A stretch of 64,000 nt of DNA from Candidatus Poseidoniia archaeon (lineage in GTDB: Archaea > Thermoplasmatota > Poseidoniia > MGIII > CG-Epi1). This document shows, in pieces, positions 1 to 9,949 of this stretch. The notes beneath the pieces are model-generated. The model was not told where the DNA came from, ran no database searches, and saw only the letters and a program-made list of their open reading frames with translations. The position numbers and the translations under genes are program-made. The stretch spans positions 15,449 through 79,448 of the forward strand of contig JASLZX010000003.1 in assembly GCA_030754655.1 (NCBI GenBank). Reading direction: 5' to 3'. How positions within the stretch are numbered: the first letter of the stretch is position 1; every line of letters starts with the position of its first letter.

Positions 1-78
1 GCGCGGCGCACGGGCATGGCTTAAAAAAAAGGTGGGCGCCGGCGCAAAGGTGATTAAACCGGCGCGGGTGGCGGCCGC

Positions 79-525
79 ATGGGCGTCAGCGGCTTCCGCA
101 TCACCGGCATCGAGGCAAGGCGCCATCGCCGCAGCGGGCGGCCGCAGCAGGTGCGCATTGACCACAACACTACCGTGCTCTCGATTCGTGACACCGGCAA
201 GGAACGCGCGACGGTCGAATATCGCTACACCGTAAACTACGGCGGGCTGGGAATGGTCCAGCTCGACGGCGAAGTCACCTACGCCAGCGGCGACGGCGGA
301 ACCGCGAAAGAAGTGCAGAAGCTCTGGGAGCGCGACCACAAAATGCCAGACGGCGCCGCCGAGGAGGTGCACAACGCGGTCCTGTCGCAGGGGTCGTTCG
401 AAGTTTTCGTGCTGGCGCGCAAGCTAGGCCTGCCGCCACCGGTAAAGGTCGAAGTGCCGCAAGTCAAATTCCAGAAAGGCAAGGGCAAAACCAGCGGAAG
501 TACCGCCGGCCCCGAAGTGGCGTAG
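79..525 (+). CDS. hypothetical protein
   Basis: 148-aa ORF with strong GC3 codon bias typical of this genome; no recognisable motif; start uncertain. Confidence 0.4.
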   Translation: MGVSGFRITGIEARRHRRSGRPQQVRIDHNTTVLSIRDTGKERATVEYRYTVNYGGLGMVQLDGEVTYASGDGGTAKEVQKLWERDHKMPDGAAEEVHNAVLSQGSFEVFVLARKLGLPPPVKVEVPQVKFQKGKGKTSGSTAGPEVA

Positions 526-1470
526 ATGCGCCGCCATGCCTTCGAATGCCCGGTCTGCCAGGGTGAGCAGTCAATCCTGCTACCCGACGGTGATGCCAGC
601 GCGACCAGCATCTGCCGCGAATGCCGCAGCGAACTCGAGTTCCTGCCGGATGGCGACGCGGTGAAGGTCGTCCCCGCCGGTCCCCCGGCACCAGCCGGGA
701 CGCGCCGGCCCCCTGCCCAGCGACCGGGCGCGGCTGGCGAGTCGCCAGCCGCGGCCGCAACTGTGCCGGACGATTACCCGCGCTACCGCGGGTCGCCGCT
801 GCGCGAGCAGTCGAAGGCGGGCGGAACGCTCGCAATTGCACTGCTGATCCTGGCGGCGTCGCTCACCGGACTGACAAACGCCTGGTTTGTTCACATCATA
901 CCGGAGGTGAATGAGGGTGAACAGCAGGTCGGGATTACTGTCGAGGTCGCCAACACCACCGGACCGCTGGCCAATGTGACACTGCTGGTCGACGGCGCAG
1001 CCGCCAACCTGACGGCGAGCGAACCGGGGGCTTACACAACCACCGTGAGCAGCGGCATGCGCACGTTCGAGGTTACCGCACCGGGCCACCGTAATGGAAC
1101 CATGTTGGTCTTGGTCTATGTGCAAGACCTCGACATGGCTCCCACGGAGGGCGCCAACCTGTTCAAGTTTATACTTCTAGAGGGCGAAGGGGCGCCAGTC
1201 AAGCAGGAACAGGCGGAACAGGCCTTACTGCAGGGAATGCTTGCTTGGTGCCCGTTCCTGATACTCGCCTTCTCGCTCATCGGGCTCGGCGGCGCATGGG
1301 CCGCGTGGCAGCGCACTTCGTTCCTGGCAGCGCAAGTCGGGGCGCTCTTCAGCGCGCTGGCGCTCGGATTCCTGCTGGTGGGGCCAATCCTGGGGTTGAT
1401 TGCCCTTATCCTTTTGCAGCGACAGAAGCACGCCTTTTCCTTTAAAACGGGCGAGCATCCGCCACCGTGA
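526..1470 (+). CDS. membrane protein with N-terminal zinc-ribbon (CPxC...CxxC) and several TM helices
   Basis: N-terminal CPVCQG...CRECRS zinc ribbon, Pro-rich linker, hydrophobic TM segments, N-glycosylation sequons in predicted extracellular loop. Confidence 0.5.
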   Translation: MRRHAFECPVCQGEQSILLPDGDASATSICRECRSELEFLPDGDAVKVVPAGPPAPAGTRRPPAQRPGAAGESPAAAATVPDDYPRYRGSPLREQSKAGGTLAIALLILAASLTGLTNAWFVHIIPEVNEGEQQVGITVEVANTTGPLANVTLLVDGAAANLTASEPGAYTTTVSSGMRTFEVTAPGHRNGTMLVLVYVQDLDMAPTEGANLFKFILLEGEGAPVKQEQAEQALLQGMLAWCPFLILAFSLIGLGGAWAAWQRTSFLAAQVGALFSALALGFLLVGPILGLIALILLQRQKHAFSFKTGEHPPP

Positions 1471-3188
1471 CACTCACCGCCGGGCTCGAGGTGCACCAGC
1501 AGCTCGACTGCGGCAAGCTCTTCTGCAGCTGCCCCGCCGCCGACGGCAGCCCCGACCCCGGCTTCAGCCGGAGGCTGCACGCGACCGCCAGCGAGATGGG
1601 GCAGGTCGACGCGGCCGCCGCGGCCGAAAACGTGCGCGATTTCGGCTACCACCAGGGCGACGGCAACTGTCTAGTCGAGGCGGACGAGGAGCCGCCGCGC
1701 GGCCCCAACCCGGAGGCGGTCGAGGTCGCACTGCAGGTCGCCGGACTGCTCGGTGCGCAGCCGCTCGAGGAGATACATTTCATGCGCAAGGTGGTCGTCG
1801 ACGGCTCCAATACCACCGGCTTCCAGCGCACCGCACTGGTCGCCACTGGCGGCCGGCTCGACTACGACGGCGGCAGCGTCGACATCGAACAGCTCTGCCT
1901 TGAGGAGGATTCCTGCCGGCGCGGTGAAGGCGAGGACGAGTTCCTGCTCGACCGACTGGGGGTGCCACTGCTCGAGATTTCGACTGCGCCGCAGCTCCAC
2001 TCGCCCGAGGCGGTGCAGGCGGCGGCGCGCACGATGGGGCTGCTGCTGCGCGCCTGCCGCGTCCGGCGCGGGCTTGGGACCATAAGACAGGATTTGAACG
2101 TCTCGATTCCCCAGGGCGTGCGGGTCGAGCTGAAAGGCTTCCAGGACCTCGGAACAATGCCGCAAGTCGTCGAGCGTGAGATGGAGCGGCAGGCAATACT
2201 CGCCACCGTCGAAGCGTGCGAGCCCGGCCCCGCCATAGAAATTACGGCGCTGCTGAAGAAATCGCGCGAGGCGTGGGGCTGCCGGCTGCCGGGCTGGGCT
2301 AGTCTGCTCGGCTCGCCCGAATCCCCAGCAGACCACCCGCGGCTGGGGCGCGAGCTGGCCGACCACGCGCGCCGCGCCGGCGTGGCGGGGCTGCTACAGA
2401 GCGACGAACTGCCGGCGCACGGCGTCTCAGCGGAAGAGGCGGCGGTAATCGCCACCGAGCTCGATTGCAGGAAAGTGGACGCTTTTATACTGGTCTTCGA
2501 GAAAAAAACGCTTGCCAAAGCGGCGCTGGCGCGCGCCTGCAACCGCGCGCGGCAGGGCGGCGTGCCGCACGAAGTGCGGCGCGTGCTGGCCGAGGGCGGC
2601 AGCCGCTACCTGCGCCCCATGCCGGGCGCGGCACGCATGTATCCCGAGACCGATATTTCGCCGCTGCGACTGGCCGGGAACGCAGTCGAGCTGCCGCCGA
2701 CGCTCGCGGAGCGCATCGCGGTTCTGCCGCTGGGGGCGCAGCAAGCCGGGCAGCTAGTGCGCGCCAGACTTGACGCACGCTTCCACGCACTCGTTGCGGC
2801 GGGCGGTCCGCCGAAGACGGTCGCGCGACTGCTGCTGCACCAGTTGCCCGAGCTGCGGAAAGCGAGGCTACCGGCACCGTCCGAAGCGGTGCTCGGGGAA
2901 TTGCTCGCGGCGGTCGCCGACGGCAAGCTAGCGAAGGAAGGCGTCGAGGACGCACTGGCGGCGCTGGCGCGCGGTGAAGCGCTGCCGGAGCAGGCAGCGA
3001 GCGGTGCGGGCGAGCTGGACGCGTTCATCGAGCAGTTGCTCGCAGAGCGCAAGGACTTTGTGCAGCAGCGTGGGATGGAGGCGGTGGGGCCACTGATGGG
3101 AACCGTGATGGGCGAATTCCGCGGCCGGGTCGACGGTGCGCTGGTGAGCGAGCGGCTACGGGTGAAACTGGGGGAATTCCTTGGCTGA
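1467..3188 (+). CDS. gatE: Glu-tRNA(Gln) amidotransferase subunit E (archaeal GatE)
   Basis: N-terminal GLEVHQQLDCGKLFCSCP motif and overall GatE/GatB-like body; GTG start overlapping previous stop (GTGA). Confidence 0.85.
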   Translation: MTLTAGLEVHQQLDCGKLFCSCPAADGSPDPGFSRRLHATASEMGQVDAAAAAENVRDFGYHQGDGNCLVEADEEPPRGPNPEAVEVALQVAGLLGAQPLEEIHFMRKVVVDGSNTTGFQRTALVATGGRLDYDGGSVDIEQLCLEEDSCRRGEGEDEFLLDRLGVPLLEISTAPQLHSPEAVQAAARTMGLLLRACRVRRGLGTIRQDLNVSIPQGVRVELKGFQDLGTMPQVVEREMERQAILATVEACEPGPAIEITALLKKSREAWGCRLPGWASLLGSPESPADHPRLGRELADHARRAGVAGLLQSDELPAHGVSAEEAAVIATELDCRKVDAFILVFEKKTLAKAALARACNRARQGGVPHEVRRVLAEGGSRYLRPMPGAARMYPETDISPLRLAGNAVELPPTLAERIAVLPLGAQQAGQLVRARLDARFHALVAAGGPPKTVARLLLHQLPELRKARLPAPSEAVLGELLAAVADGKLAKEGVEDALAALARGEALPEQAASGAGELDAFIEQLLAERKDFVQQRGMEAVGPLMGTVMGEFRGRVDGALVSERLRVKLGEFLG

Positions 3189-4395
3189 GCAGGCGCTGAT
3201 TCTCGCCGCTGGCAAGGGCACCCGCATGCGTCCGCTGACGGCGCGGCTGCCGAAGCCGCTGCTGCCGGCCGGCGGCGCACCGTTTCTGGAGCACCAGCTG
3301 CGCGCGCTGGCCGAAGCTGGCGTAACGCACGTGGCGGTGCTGGTGGGCTACCGCATGCGCGAGGTGCACGAGGCGCTCGGCGACGGCCAGCGCTTCGGGC
3401 TCGAGCTGGATTTCCTGGTGCAGGAAGAGCAGCTCGGCACCGGCCATGCGGTGGCGCAGGCGGCCGGGAAGCTGGATGGCAATTTCTTCTGCCTGAATGG
3501 TGACACGCTCGTCACGACCGAAACGCTGCGGGCGCTCGCCAGCGCAAAATCCGTGCACGCCATGGCGGTCGCGCAGGTCGCAGACTGCAGCAGATACGGA
3601 CTGGTAAAGGCGCGCGAGGGAAAACTGGCGAGCATCATCGAGAAAGGCGCTGAAGGACTGGGCAAAATTAACGCCGGCATCTATCGCTTCGCGCCTTCCA
3701 TTTTCGAGGCGCTAGAGAGGCTGGAGCGGTCGCCGCGCGGCGAATTCGAGCTGACGACTGCGCTGGAGGCGATTGCAAAGCAGGTCGCGGTCGTCGACGT
3801 TGAGGGCGACTGGCTCGACCTAGGGCGGCCGTGGGACCTGCTGACGGCGAACGCGCTGCTGCTCACGCGGATGGAGCCATCCATCGAGGGAACCGTCGAA
3901 GAGGGTGTGGTGCTGGAGGGAGCGGTGCACGTCGCCGCCGGGGCGATAATCAAGGCGGGCAGCCGCATCGAAGGCCCGGTATGGGTCGGCCCCGGTGCGA
4001 CCGTCGGGCCGAACGCCTGCATCCGCGGTGCGACCATGCTGGGCGCCGGGGTGAAAGTAGGCGGTGCTTCGGAAGTGAAGAATTCAATTCTGATGGACGG
4101 GGCCAAGGCGCCGCACCACAATTACGTCGGCGATTCCATCCTGGGGCGCGACTGCAACCTTGGTTCGGGGACCAAGGTTGCCAACCTGCGCCACGACGGC
4201 GCCAACGTCTACGCCATCATCCGCGGCGAGCGGGTTGACAGCGGGCTGCGCAAGCTGGGCGTCATTCTGGGCGACGACGTCAAGACCGGCATCAACGCTT
4301 CGCTCAATGTCGGCACCGTCCTGGGCGAAGGGACGATTGTCGGCCCCGGACGCGTCGTCTCGGGCAGCTGGGCGGCCGGCTCCCGGATACTCTGA
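3181..4395 (+). CDS. sugar-1-phosphate nucleotidyltransferase with C-terminal left-handed beta-helix (GlmU/RmlA-like bifunctional enzyme)
   Basis: LILAAGKGTRMRPLT nucleotidyltransferase signature; C-terminal hexapeptide repeats; TTG start overlapping gatE stop. Confidence 0.75.
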   Translation: MAEQALILAAGKGTRMRPLTARLPKPLLPAGGAPFLEHQLRALAEAGVTHVAVLVGYRMREVHEALGDGQRFGLELDFLVQEEQLGTGHAVAQAAGKLDGNFFCLNGDTLVTTETLRALASAKSVHAMAVAQVADCSRYGLVKAREGKLASIIEKGAEGLGKINAGIYRFAPSIFEALERLERSPRGEFELTTALEAIAKQVAVVDVEGDWLDLGRPWDLLTANALLLTRMEPSIEGTVEEGVVLEGAVHVAAGAIIKAGSRIEGPVWVGPGATVGPNACIRGATMLGAGVKVGGASEVKNSILMDGAKAPHHNYVGDSILGRDCNLGSGTKVANLRHDGANVYAIIRGERVDSGLRKLGVILGDDVKTGINASLNVGTVLGEGTIVGPGRVVSGSWAAGSRIL

Positions 4396-5516
4396 TGCGG
4401 ATTCTCGAAGTAACGCCCTACTTCCACCCCCACTACGGTGGTGTCGAGTCGCACGTGCTAGGGCTGTCGATGCACCTGCAACAGCGCGGCCACACCGTCG
4501 AGGTCGTCACTTCACGCTACGCGCGCATGCCAGAGCAGGAGACGGTGCGTGGCTTGCCAGTGAACCGGGTGACGCAATGGCTGAACCTGTTCAACACCCC
4601 GGTCGCCCCCGGTTTTGGCGGGCACATCGCCGCGACCGAGGCAGATGTGGTGCATGTCCACTCGCCACCCCCTTTCACCGAGCTGTTCGCCGCGCGTGGC
4701 GCGGCGCGGGCGGGGAAGCCACTAGTCATCACCTACCACTGCGACCTGGAACTGCGCGGCCGGCTCGGCTCGCTGATGGTGCGCGGCTACCAGCGCTATG
4801 CTGGGAAGCGCCCGCTGCAAGCCGCGAAGCGCATTATCTCGACTACTGAAAGCTACGCCGCCACTTCGCGCGCGCTCTGGAACCAGGAGGTCGAGGTAGT
4901 GCCCAACGCGGTCGACACCGATCGCTTCCACCCTTCGAACAACAGCGAGCATCTCTGCAGCCGACTCTCGCCCGAAGGAGAGCCGCTGGCGCTCTTCGTC
5001 GGGCGGCTGGTGCCGCACAAGGGGGTCGACATCCTTATTCGCGCGCTATCGCGGCTCGAACGGGGGCGGCTGGTAGTGGTGGGCGACGGCCCCTACCGCG
5101 GCTGGCTCGAGAGGCTGGTGCGCAGTAAGGGGCTCGGGGAGCGGGTGGTCTTCACCGGCCCCATCGGCGACGCGTGGCTGCCCGCCTACTACGCCGCCTG
5201 CGACACCGTCGTGCTGCCGTCGACGTCGCGGCTCGAGGCGTTCGGCATCGTCGGCCTTGAAGGCATGGCGTCGGGCAAGCCACTCGTGTTGAGCGACATT
5301 CCCGGCGTGCGCGACGTCATCACCGGCGAAGAGGGGCATATCGTCGAGCCGCTCGACCCCGACGCACTCGCTGGCGCGCTGGAAAACATCTGGGATTACC
5401 CCGAGCGCGCGCGGCAGATGGGGAGGCGCGGGCGCGAACGCGCCGAGCGCGAATTCGCCTGGCCACGCGTCGCGGAGAAAATCGAGCAGGTGCTGGAAGC
5501 GGCCCTTTCGACCTAG
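4395..5516 (+). CDS. glycosyltransferase family 4 (GT4)
   Basis: MRILEVTPYFHPHYGGVESHV N-terminus and C-terminal GT4 catalytic region; ATG overlaps upstream stop (translationally coupled). Confidence 0.8.
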   Translation: MRILEVTPYFHPHYGGVESHVLGLSMHLQQRGHTVEVVTSRYARMPEQETVRGLPVNRVTQWLNLFNTPVAPGFGGHIAATEADVVHVHSPPPFTELFAARGAARAGKPLVITYHCDLELRGRLGSLMVRGYQRYAGKRPLQAAKRIISTTESYAATSRALWNQEVEVVPNAVDTDRFHPSNNSEHLCSRLSPEGEPLALFVGRLVPHKGVDILIRALSRLERGRLVVVGDGPYRGWLERLVRSKGLGERVVFTGPIGDAWLPAYYAACDTVVLPSTSRLEAFGIVGLEGMASGKPLVLSDIPGVRDVITGEEGHIVEPLDPDALAGALENIWDYPERARQMGRRGRERAEREFAWPRVAEKIEQVLEAALST

Positions 5517-7234
5517 GCCAGTTCCGTCTCGACCAATAAGCGACGCAATTCGTCGGCCGGCTTGCCCAGCGCTTCGAGCGACGCCACCTTGCCCGCCAGC
5601 GCTTCCGGGTCGGCGGCTCCGCAGCCAAGTGCGCCGTCGAATGCTTCGCTGGCGCGTTGCGCATCGCCATTTTCGAGCGCGCTCCAGCCCAACGCCAGCC
5701 ACGCCTCGAGCCGCGACGGCGCGAGCGCCGTTGCGGCTTCGGCCGCAGCCTGCGCTTCGCGGCTGCGGTCGAGCGCGTGCAGGCAACCACAGCGCGCCAG
5801 CGCCAAATCTGGGTCGTCGAGCGACAGGTACACGAGCGCCGCTTCCGGCTCGCGCGAAGCAAGGTGCAGTCCCAGCTGGCACTTTATATTTTCATCGTCA
5901 AGAAATTCAGCCTGCAAATCGGCGAGTGTTTTGCGCGCAGCATCCCACTCCTGCGCGCGCGACAGAAGCAGTCGACCGGAGCGGGAGCCGGGTTGCAGCT
6001 CGAGCGCGTTTTCGATAAGCGACAGCGCCTGCTCGTTGCGGTCCAGTTCCAGCATCGACTCCGCCAGCCGGAAGCGCGCGCGCGCCGACTCGGGATGCGC
6101 GACCAGCGCGTTGGTGTATTGCCGCGCCGCCTCGTCCAACATCCCGGCGTTGACCAGGATTTTGCCTTTCTCCATCCAGTCCAGGTCGCGCATGCGGTTG
6201 CGCGCCTGATTGTCCATCGCGCGCACCGCCTCGTCGTAGCACTGCAGTGCGTGCCGGGTCTCGCCGCGCTCGCGGCTGGTGTCGCCCAGCGCGACCCAGC
6301 ACATGACGTGCTGACCGTCGGCCGCCAGGCCAAGATTCAGCGTGCGCCGTGCCTCATCGGGGCGGCCGAGCGCCAGCAGGCTGCGCGCCAGCGCCTCGTG
6401 GTAGTCGGGGTCCCCGTCCTCGAGCTCGAGCGCCGTCTCCAAGAACTCGAGACCCTCCTCGGGGCGGCCGAGCCGCGCCAGCGCGCGGCCTTTGGCCATC
6501 CAAGCGTAGTGAAATGTGGGATCCATTTCGAGCGCCTGCTCGTGGTATAGAATGGCCTCCTCGTAGCGGTCCAAGTGATCGAGTGCATTGCCGATGTTGT
6601 TGACGGCGATGACGTATTCCGGGTCGATATCGAGTGATTTCTGGTAGAACTCGATGGAGAGCTCGTATTCGCCCTGGTTATACTGGACGTTGGCGAGATT
6701 ATTCCACGCAATCTTGTCGCGTGGGTCCAGTTCTACGGCGCGCTGATAGTAATCCTTGGCGTCCGCCAGCCGCCCCGAGAGCTGCAGCGTGTAGCCGTAG
6801 TTGTACCACGCCACCGCGTAGGTGGGGTCGGCGCGCATCGCCTCGTCGTAGCAGCGCATCGCCTCGTTCCAGCGATCGAGCATGAAGTTGGCAAAGCCGC
6901 GGTTGTTCCACGCCGGCGCGTTGCGCGGCTCCAGCTCCAGCGCGCGGCCGTACGCCTCGACTGCCTGCGCGTAGCGCTCTAGACGCTGCAGCGCGTCGCC
7001 GCGACGCACATAGTAGCGCGCGATGTCGGGCGCCAACTCGCACGCCCGCTGGTAGGCGCGCAGTGCCCGGGCGGGGTTGCGGCGCGCCATCTCGGCCATA
7101 CCGATGCTGTTGTGGAGCGAAGGGTCCTCCGGCGCCAAGTCCGCCGCCCTGCGGAAGCAGGAAATCGCCTTGCGGAATTTCCTTTCGCGGACCAGCGCCT
7201 CGCCCTGTTCCACCAACTCCGCGACGTCAGGCAT
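5513..7234 (-). CDS. TPR-repeat protein
   Basis: Repeated A-W-xN-G / A-Y-xR-A-L TPR consensus throughout 573 aa. Confidence 0.75.
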   Translation of the reverse strand: MPDVAELVEQGEALVRERKFRKAISCFRRAADLAPEDPSLHNSIGMAEMARRNPARALRAYQRACELAPDIARYYVRRGDALQRLERYAQAVEAYGRALELEPRNAPAWNNRGFANFMLDRWNEAMRCYDEAMRADPTYAVAWYNYGYTLQLSGRLADAKDYYQRAVELDPRDKIAWNNLANVQYNQGEYELSIEFYQKSLDIDPEYVIAVNNIGNALDHLDRYEEAILYHEQALEMDPTFHYAWMAKGRALARLGRPEEGLEFLETALELEDGDPDYHEALARSLLALGRPDEARRTLNLGLAADGQHVMCWVALGDTSRERGETRHALQCYDEAVRAMDNQARNRMRDLDWMEKGKILVNAGMLDEAARQYTNALVAHPESARARFRLAESMLELDRNEQALSLIENALELQPGSRSGRLLLSRAQEWDAARKTLADLQAEFLDDENIKCQLGLHLASREPEAALVYLSLDDPDLALARCGCLHALDRSREAQAAAEAATALAPSRLEAWLALGWSALENGDAQRASEAFDGALGCGAADPEALAGKVASLEALGKPADELRRLLVETELA

Positions 7235-8355
7235 CAGTTTTCCAGGATTAGCTCAATGCGCACTATCGCCTTATTGGTATCTTCCATCAACCGCCCCCAC
7301 TCGGAACCGTCGTGGTGCTCGTGGCCCGACTCGTGCGCCAGCGTGTTCTGGTAGCACTTGAGCGCCTCACGGGGACGGTCGAGCAGCTCGAGCGCGTAGC
7401 CCTTATTGTGCCACGCCCAGGCGTAATCCTCCTTCAGCTCGATAGCGCGCTCGTAGCAGGGGATGGTCTCCTCGATGCGGTTGAGCTGCCGCAGCGTCAC
7501 GCCACGGTTGTTCCACGCCGAGCGGTTTTTGGGATTCAGCTCGGTCGCGCGGGTGAACGCCTGCAGCGCCTCCTTCAGGTTCCCAACGCGGAAGAGAGCC
7601 TTGCCGAGGTTGAACCAGCAGGTGGCGTAGCGCGGGTTGGCCGCCAGCGCCCGCCGGTAGCTCTCGATGGCGCGATGGTTGTAGCCCAGCCGCGAGAGCG
7701 CAACGCCGCGGTCGTTGTAGACCACTTCGTCTTCGGCCTCGAGGCTCTGTTGCAGCGCCTCCGCCGCGGCGCCCGGCTCATCGAGCTGGTCGTGCGCCAG
7801 CCCCTTCGCCTCGAGCGCCGCCAAATCGCGCGGACGCCGGGTGAGGATGGCGTCGAAATCCTGCAGAGCGTCGTTGTAGCGCCCCATCGCGTGGAGTAGC
7901 TTGCCGCGGCGGTAGAGCAGCTCGCGATCCGGTTTCCCGCGAGCGACAGCGTCGAGCGTCGCCAACGCCGCTGTGCCGTCACCGAGTGCCTGCTGGGCGC
8001 GCGCTTTCAGGACGTGCGCTGCAACGTAGCGCGGCTTGATTTTGAGCGAGCGCTCGGCGCACGCCAGCGCTTCTGCGGGGTCGCCGAGCAGCAGCTGCGC
8101 CAGCGCGCGGTCCTTCCACATGATTTCCGAGTGCGAAACTGCATCGGGAATCTGGTCGAGCTCCGCCAGCGCCGCTGCCGGCTGCCCCGCCGCGAGGTGC
8201 ACCTTACCGAGGTCATGCTGCAACCGCTTGCTTCCCGGCTTGGCGGCCAGCGCCTTCTCGAGCGTGCGGCGGGCGCGGCGGTAGTGGCCCAGCTTGAGCT
8301 CGGCCAGCCCTTCCGCGCGCAGCTCGTCGGCATGGTTGCTGTCGTCGATAGGCAC
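7234..8355 (-). CDS. TPR-repeat protein
   Basis: TPR repeats; ORF-track N-terminal extension to 8604 looks like a shadow of the HAL gene, so a GTG start near 8355 is proposed. Confidence 0.6.
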   Translation of the reverse strand: MPIDDSNHADELRAEGLAELKLGHYRRARRTLEKALAAKPGSKRLQHDLGKVHLAAGQPAAALAELDQIPDAVSHSEIMWKDRALAQLLLGDPAEALACAERSLKIKPRYVAAHVLKARAQQALGDGTAALATLDAVARGKPDRELLYRRGKLLHAMGRYNDALQDFDAILTRRPRDLAALEAKGLAHDQLDEPGAAAEALQQSLEAEDEVVYNDRGVALSRLGYNHRAIESYRRALAANPRYATCWFNLGKALFRVGNLKEALQAFTRATELNPKNRSAWNNRGVTLRQLNRIEETIPCYERAIELKEDYAWAWHNKGYALELLDRPREALKCYQNTLAHESGHEHHDGSEWGRLMEDTNKAIVRIELILEN

Positions 8356-8428
8356 AGGTCGCCAGCGAGGGGCAGTTAAAATCCGCTGCCCCGAACAGCG
8401 CTTTATAATCCGGGTGAGGTGGCCGCGC

Positions 8429-9949
8429 GTGAAAGTCGAGCTTGACGGCGGTTCGCTCACGATTGGGCTGCTCGCGAGAGTCGCGAGCGACGGCGCGAGC
8501 GTCTCGCTGGCGCCCGCGGCGCGAAAGCGTATCGCTGCCAACCGCGCCATGCTGGAAGAGAAAATCGCCGCGCACGAGGTGATGTATGGAATCACTACCG
8601 GCATCGGTGAGTTCTCCGAGCATACGCTGACGCCCGACGAGCTGCGCGACTTCCAGCGCTTCCTGGTCTATTCGCACGCCGCTGGCATCGGCGAGCCGCT
8701 GCCGGCGGCTGTCGTGCGCGGCGCGATGTGCGGCCGCGCCAATGTCCACTGCCACGGCCACTCCGGGGGGCGGCCAGCGGTGACCGACGCGCTCGTCGGC
8801 GCGCTGAACGCGGGGGTGACGCCGGTCGCGTGCGAGAAAGGCTCGGTCGGCGCGTGCGGCGACTTGGCGCCGATGTCGCAGGTAGCGCTCTGCCTGATGG
8901 GCGAGGGCGAGGCGTTCTACCGCGACGAGCGGATGGACGCCACCGCTGCCCTGGCGAAAGCGGGACTCGAGGCGCTCGAGCTCGAGGCGCGCGACGGGCT
9001 GGCACTGATTAACGGTTCGAACGTGCTAACAGCGTGGGCGGCGCTGCTGTTGCACGACACGCAGCACTGGTTCAAGCTGCACGACATCGCCGCGGCGATG
9101 ACGCTCGAGGCGCTGCTCGCCAACCAAAAGCCATACGACGCGCGACTGCACGAACTGCGCGGCTTCCGCGGCGCGCAGGAAGTGGCGGGCAACTTGCGGA
9201 AGCTGATGGCTGACAGCCCCATCCTGGCGGCGCACGGCGAGAAGGTGCAGGACGCCTACTCGATGCGCTCGACGCCGCAAGTAGCGGGCGCACTGCGCGA
9301 CGCAGTGCGCCACGCCATCGGCGAAGTGGAGACCGAGCTGAACGGTGTCGGCGACAATCCCATATTCCTTACCGAAGAGAAGGAGGTGCTCACGGGCGCC
9401 AACTTCCAGGGCACACCGGTCGCACTGCCGCTAGAGATGGTCGCGACCGGGTTGAGCATGATTGCCGTATTGAGCGAGCGACGGCTGAACCGGCTCACCA
9501 ACCCTGCGCTCTCGGCGGGGCTGCCGCCCTTCCTGAGCGAGAAGCCGGGGCTCCACTCAGGGATGATGCTGGCGCAATACACTGCCGACGCGCTGATTGC
9601 CGAAGCGCGCATCCTGTCGCACCCCGCCGTCAACCAGTCCATCCCCGCCGCCGCCGACCAGGAGGATTTCGTCTCGATGGGGCTGACCACGATGCAGAAA
9701 GCACAGCAGATTCTCGACAACTGCTTCGGCGTGCTCGCCATTGAGATGATGGCCGCCGCGCAGGCGCTAGACCTGCGCGGCGACGAGCCGGCGGCCGGCA
9801 CCGCTGCCGCACGCGGGGTAATTCGCAAGCACGTTTCGCACCTTGACGAGGACCGGCCGCTCTACCGCGACCACAACCGGCTGGTGCCGCTGCTGCGCTC
9901 GCCCGACATCACCAGCGCGGTCGAGGCGGCCGTCGGTGAGCTGGCCTAG
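8429..9949 (+). CDS. histidine/aromatic amino-acid ammonia-lyase family protein (MIO-dependent lyase/aminomutase fold) with Ala-Cys-Gly at the MIO position
   Basis: YGITTGIGEF, GSVGACGDLAPMSQ and NGSN motifs typical of the HAL/PAL family; proposed GTG start at 8429 (VKVELDGG). Confidence 0.8.
   Translation: MKVELDGGSLTIGLLARVASDGASVSLAPAARKRIAANRAMLEEKIAAHEVMYGITTGIGEFSEHTLTPDELRDFQRFLVYSHAAGIGEPLPAAVVRGAMCGRANVHCHGHSGGRPAVTDALVGALNAGVTPVACEKGSVGACGDLAPMSQVALCLMGEGEAFYRDERMDATAALAKAGLEALELEARDGLALINGSNVLTAWAALLLHDTQHWFKLHDIAAAMTLEALLANQKPYDARLHELRGFRGAQEVAGNLRKLMADSPILAAHGEKVQDAYSMRSTPQVAGALRDAVRHAIGEVETELNGVGDNPIFLTEEKEVLTGANFQGTPVALPLEMVATGLSMIAVLSERRLNRLTNPALSAGLPPFLSEKPGLHSGMMLAQYTADALIAEARILSHPAVNQSIPAAADQEDFVSMGLTTMQKAQQILDNCFGVLAIEMMAAAQALDLRGDEPAAGTAAARGVIRKHVSHLDEDRPLYRDHNRLVPLLRSPDITSAVEAAVGELA

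Noticed and set aside
32-235. 67-aa ORF at the window start
   Set aside because: Ala/Arg-rich and overlaps the better-supported 79-525 frame; likely spurious.
1671-2366. 231-aa minus-strand ORF (and several R/A/P-rich ORFs at 1753-2955) inside gatE
   Set aside because: Arg/Ala/Pro-rich low-complexity translations typical of antisense frames in high-GC DNA; gatE on the + strand has clear homology.
5562-6550. Plus-strand ORFs (215 and 297 aa) opposite the TPR gene
   Set aside because: Ser/Arg/Ala-rich shadow ORFs; the minus-strand TPR protein has regular repeat structure.
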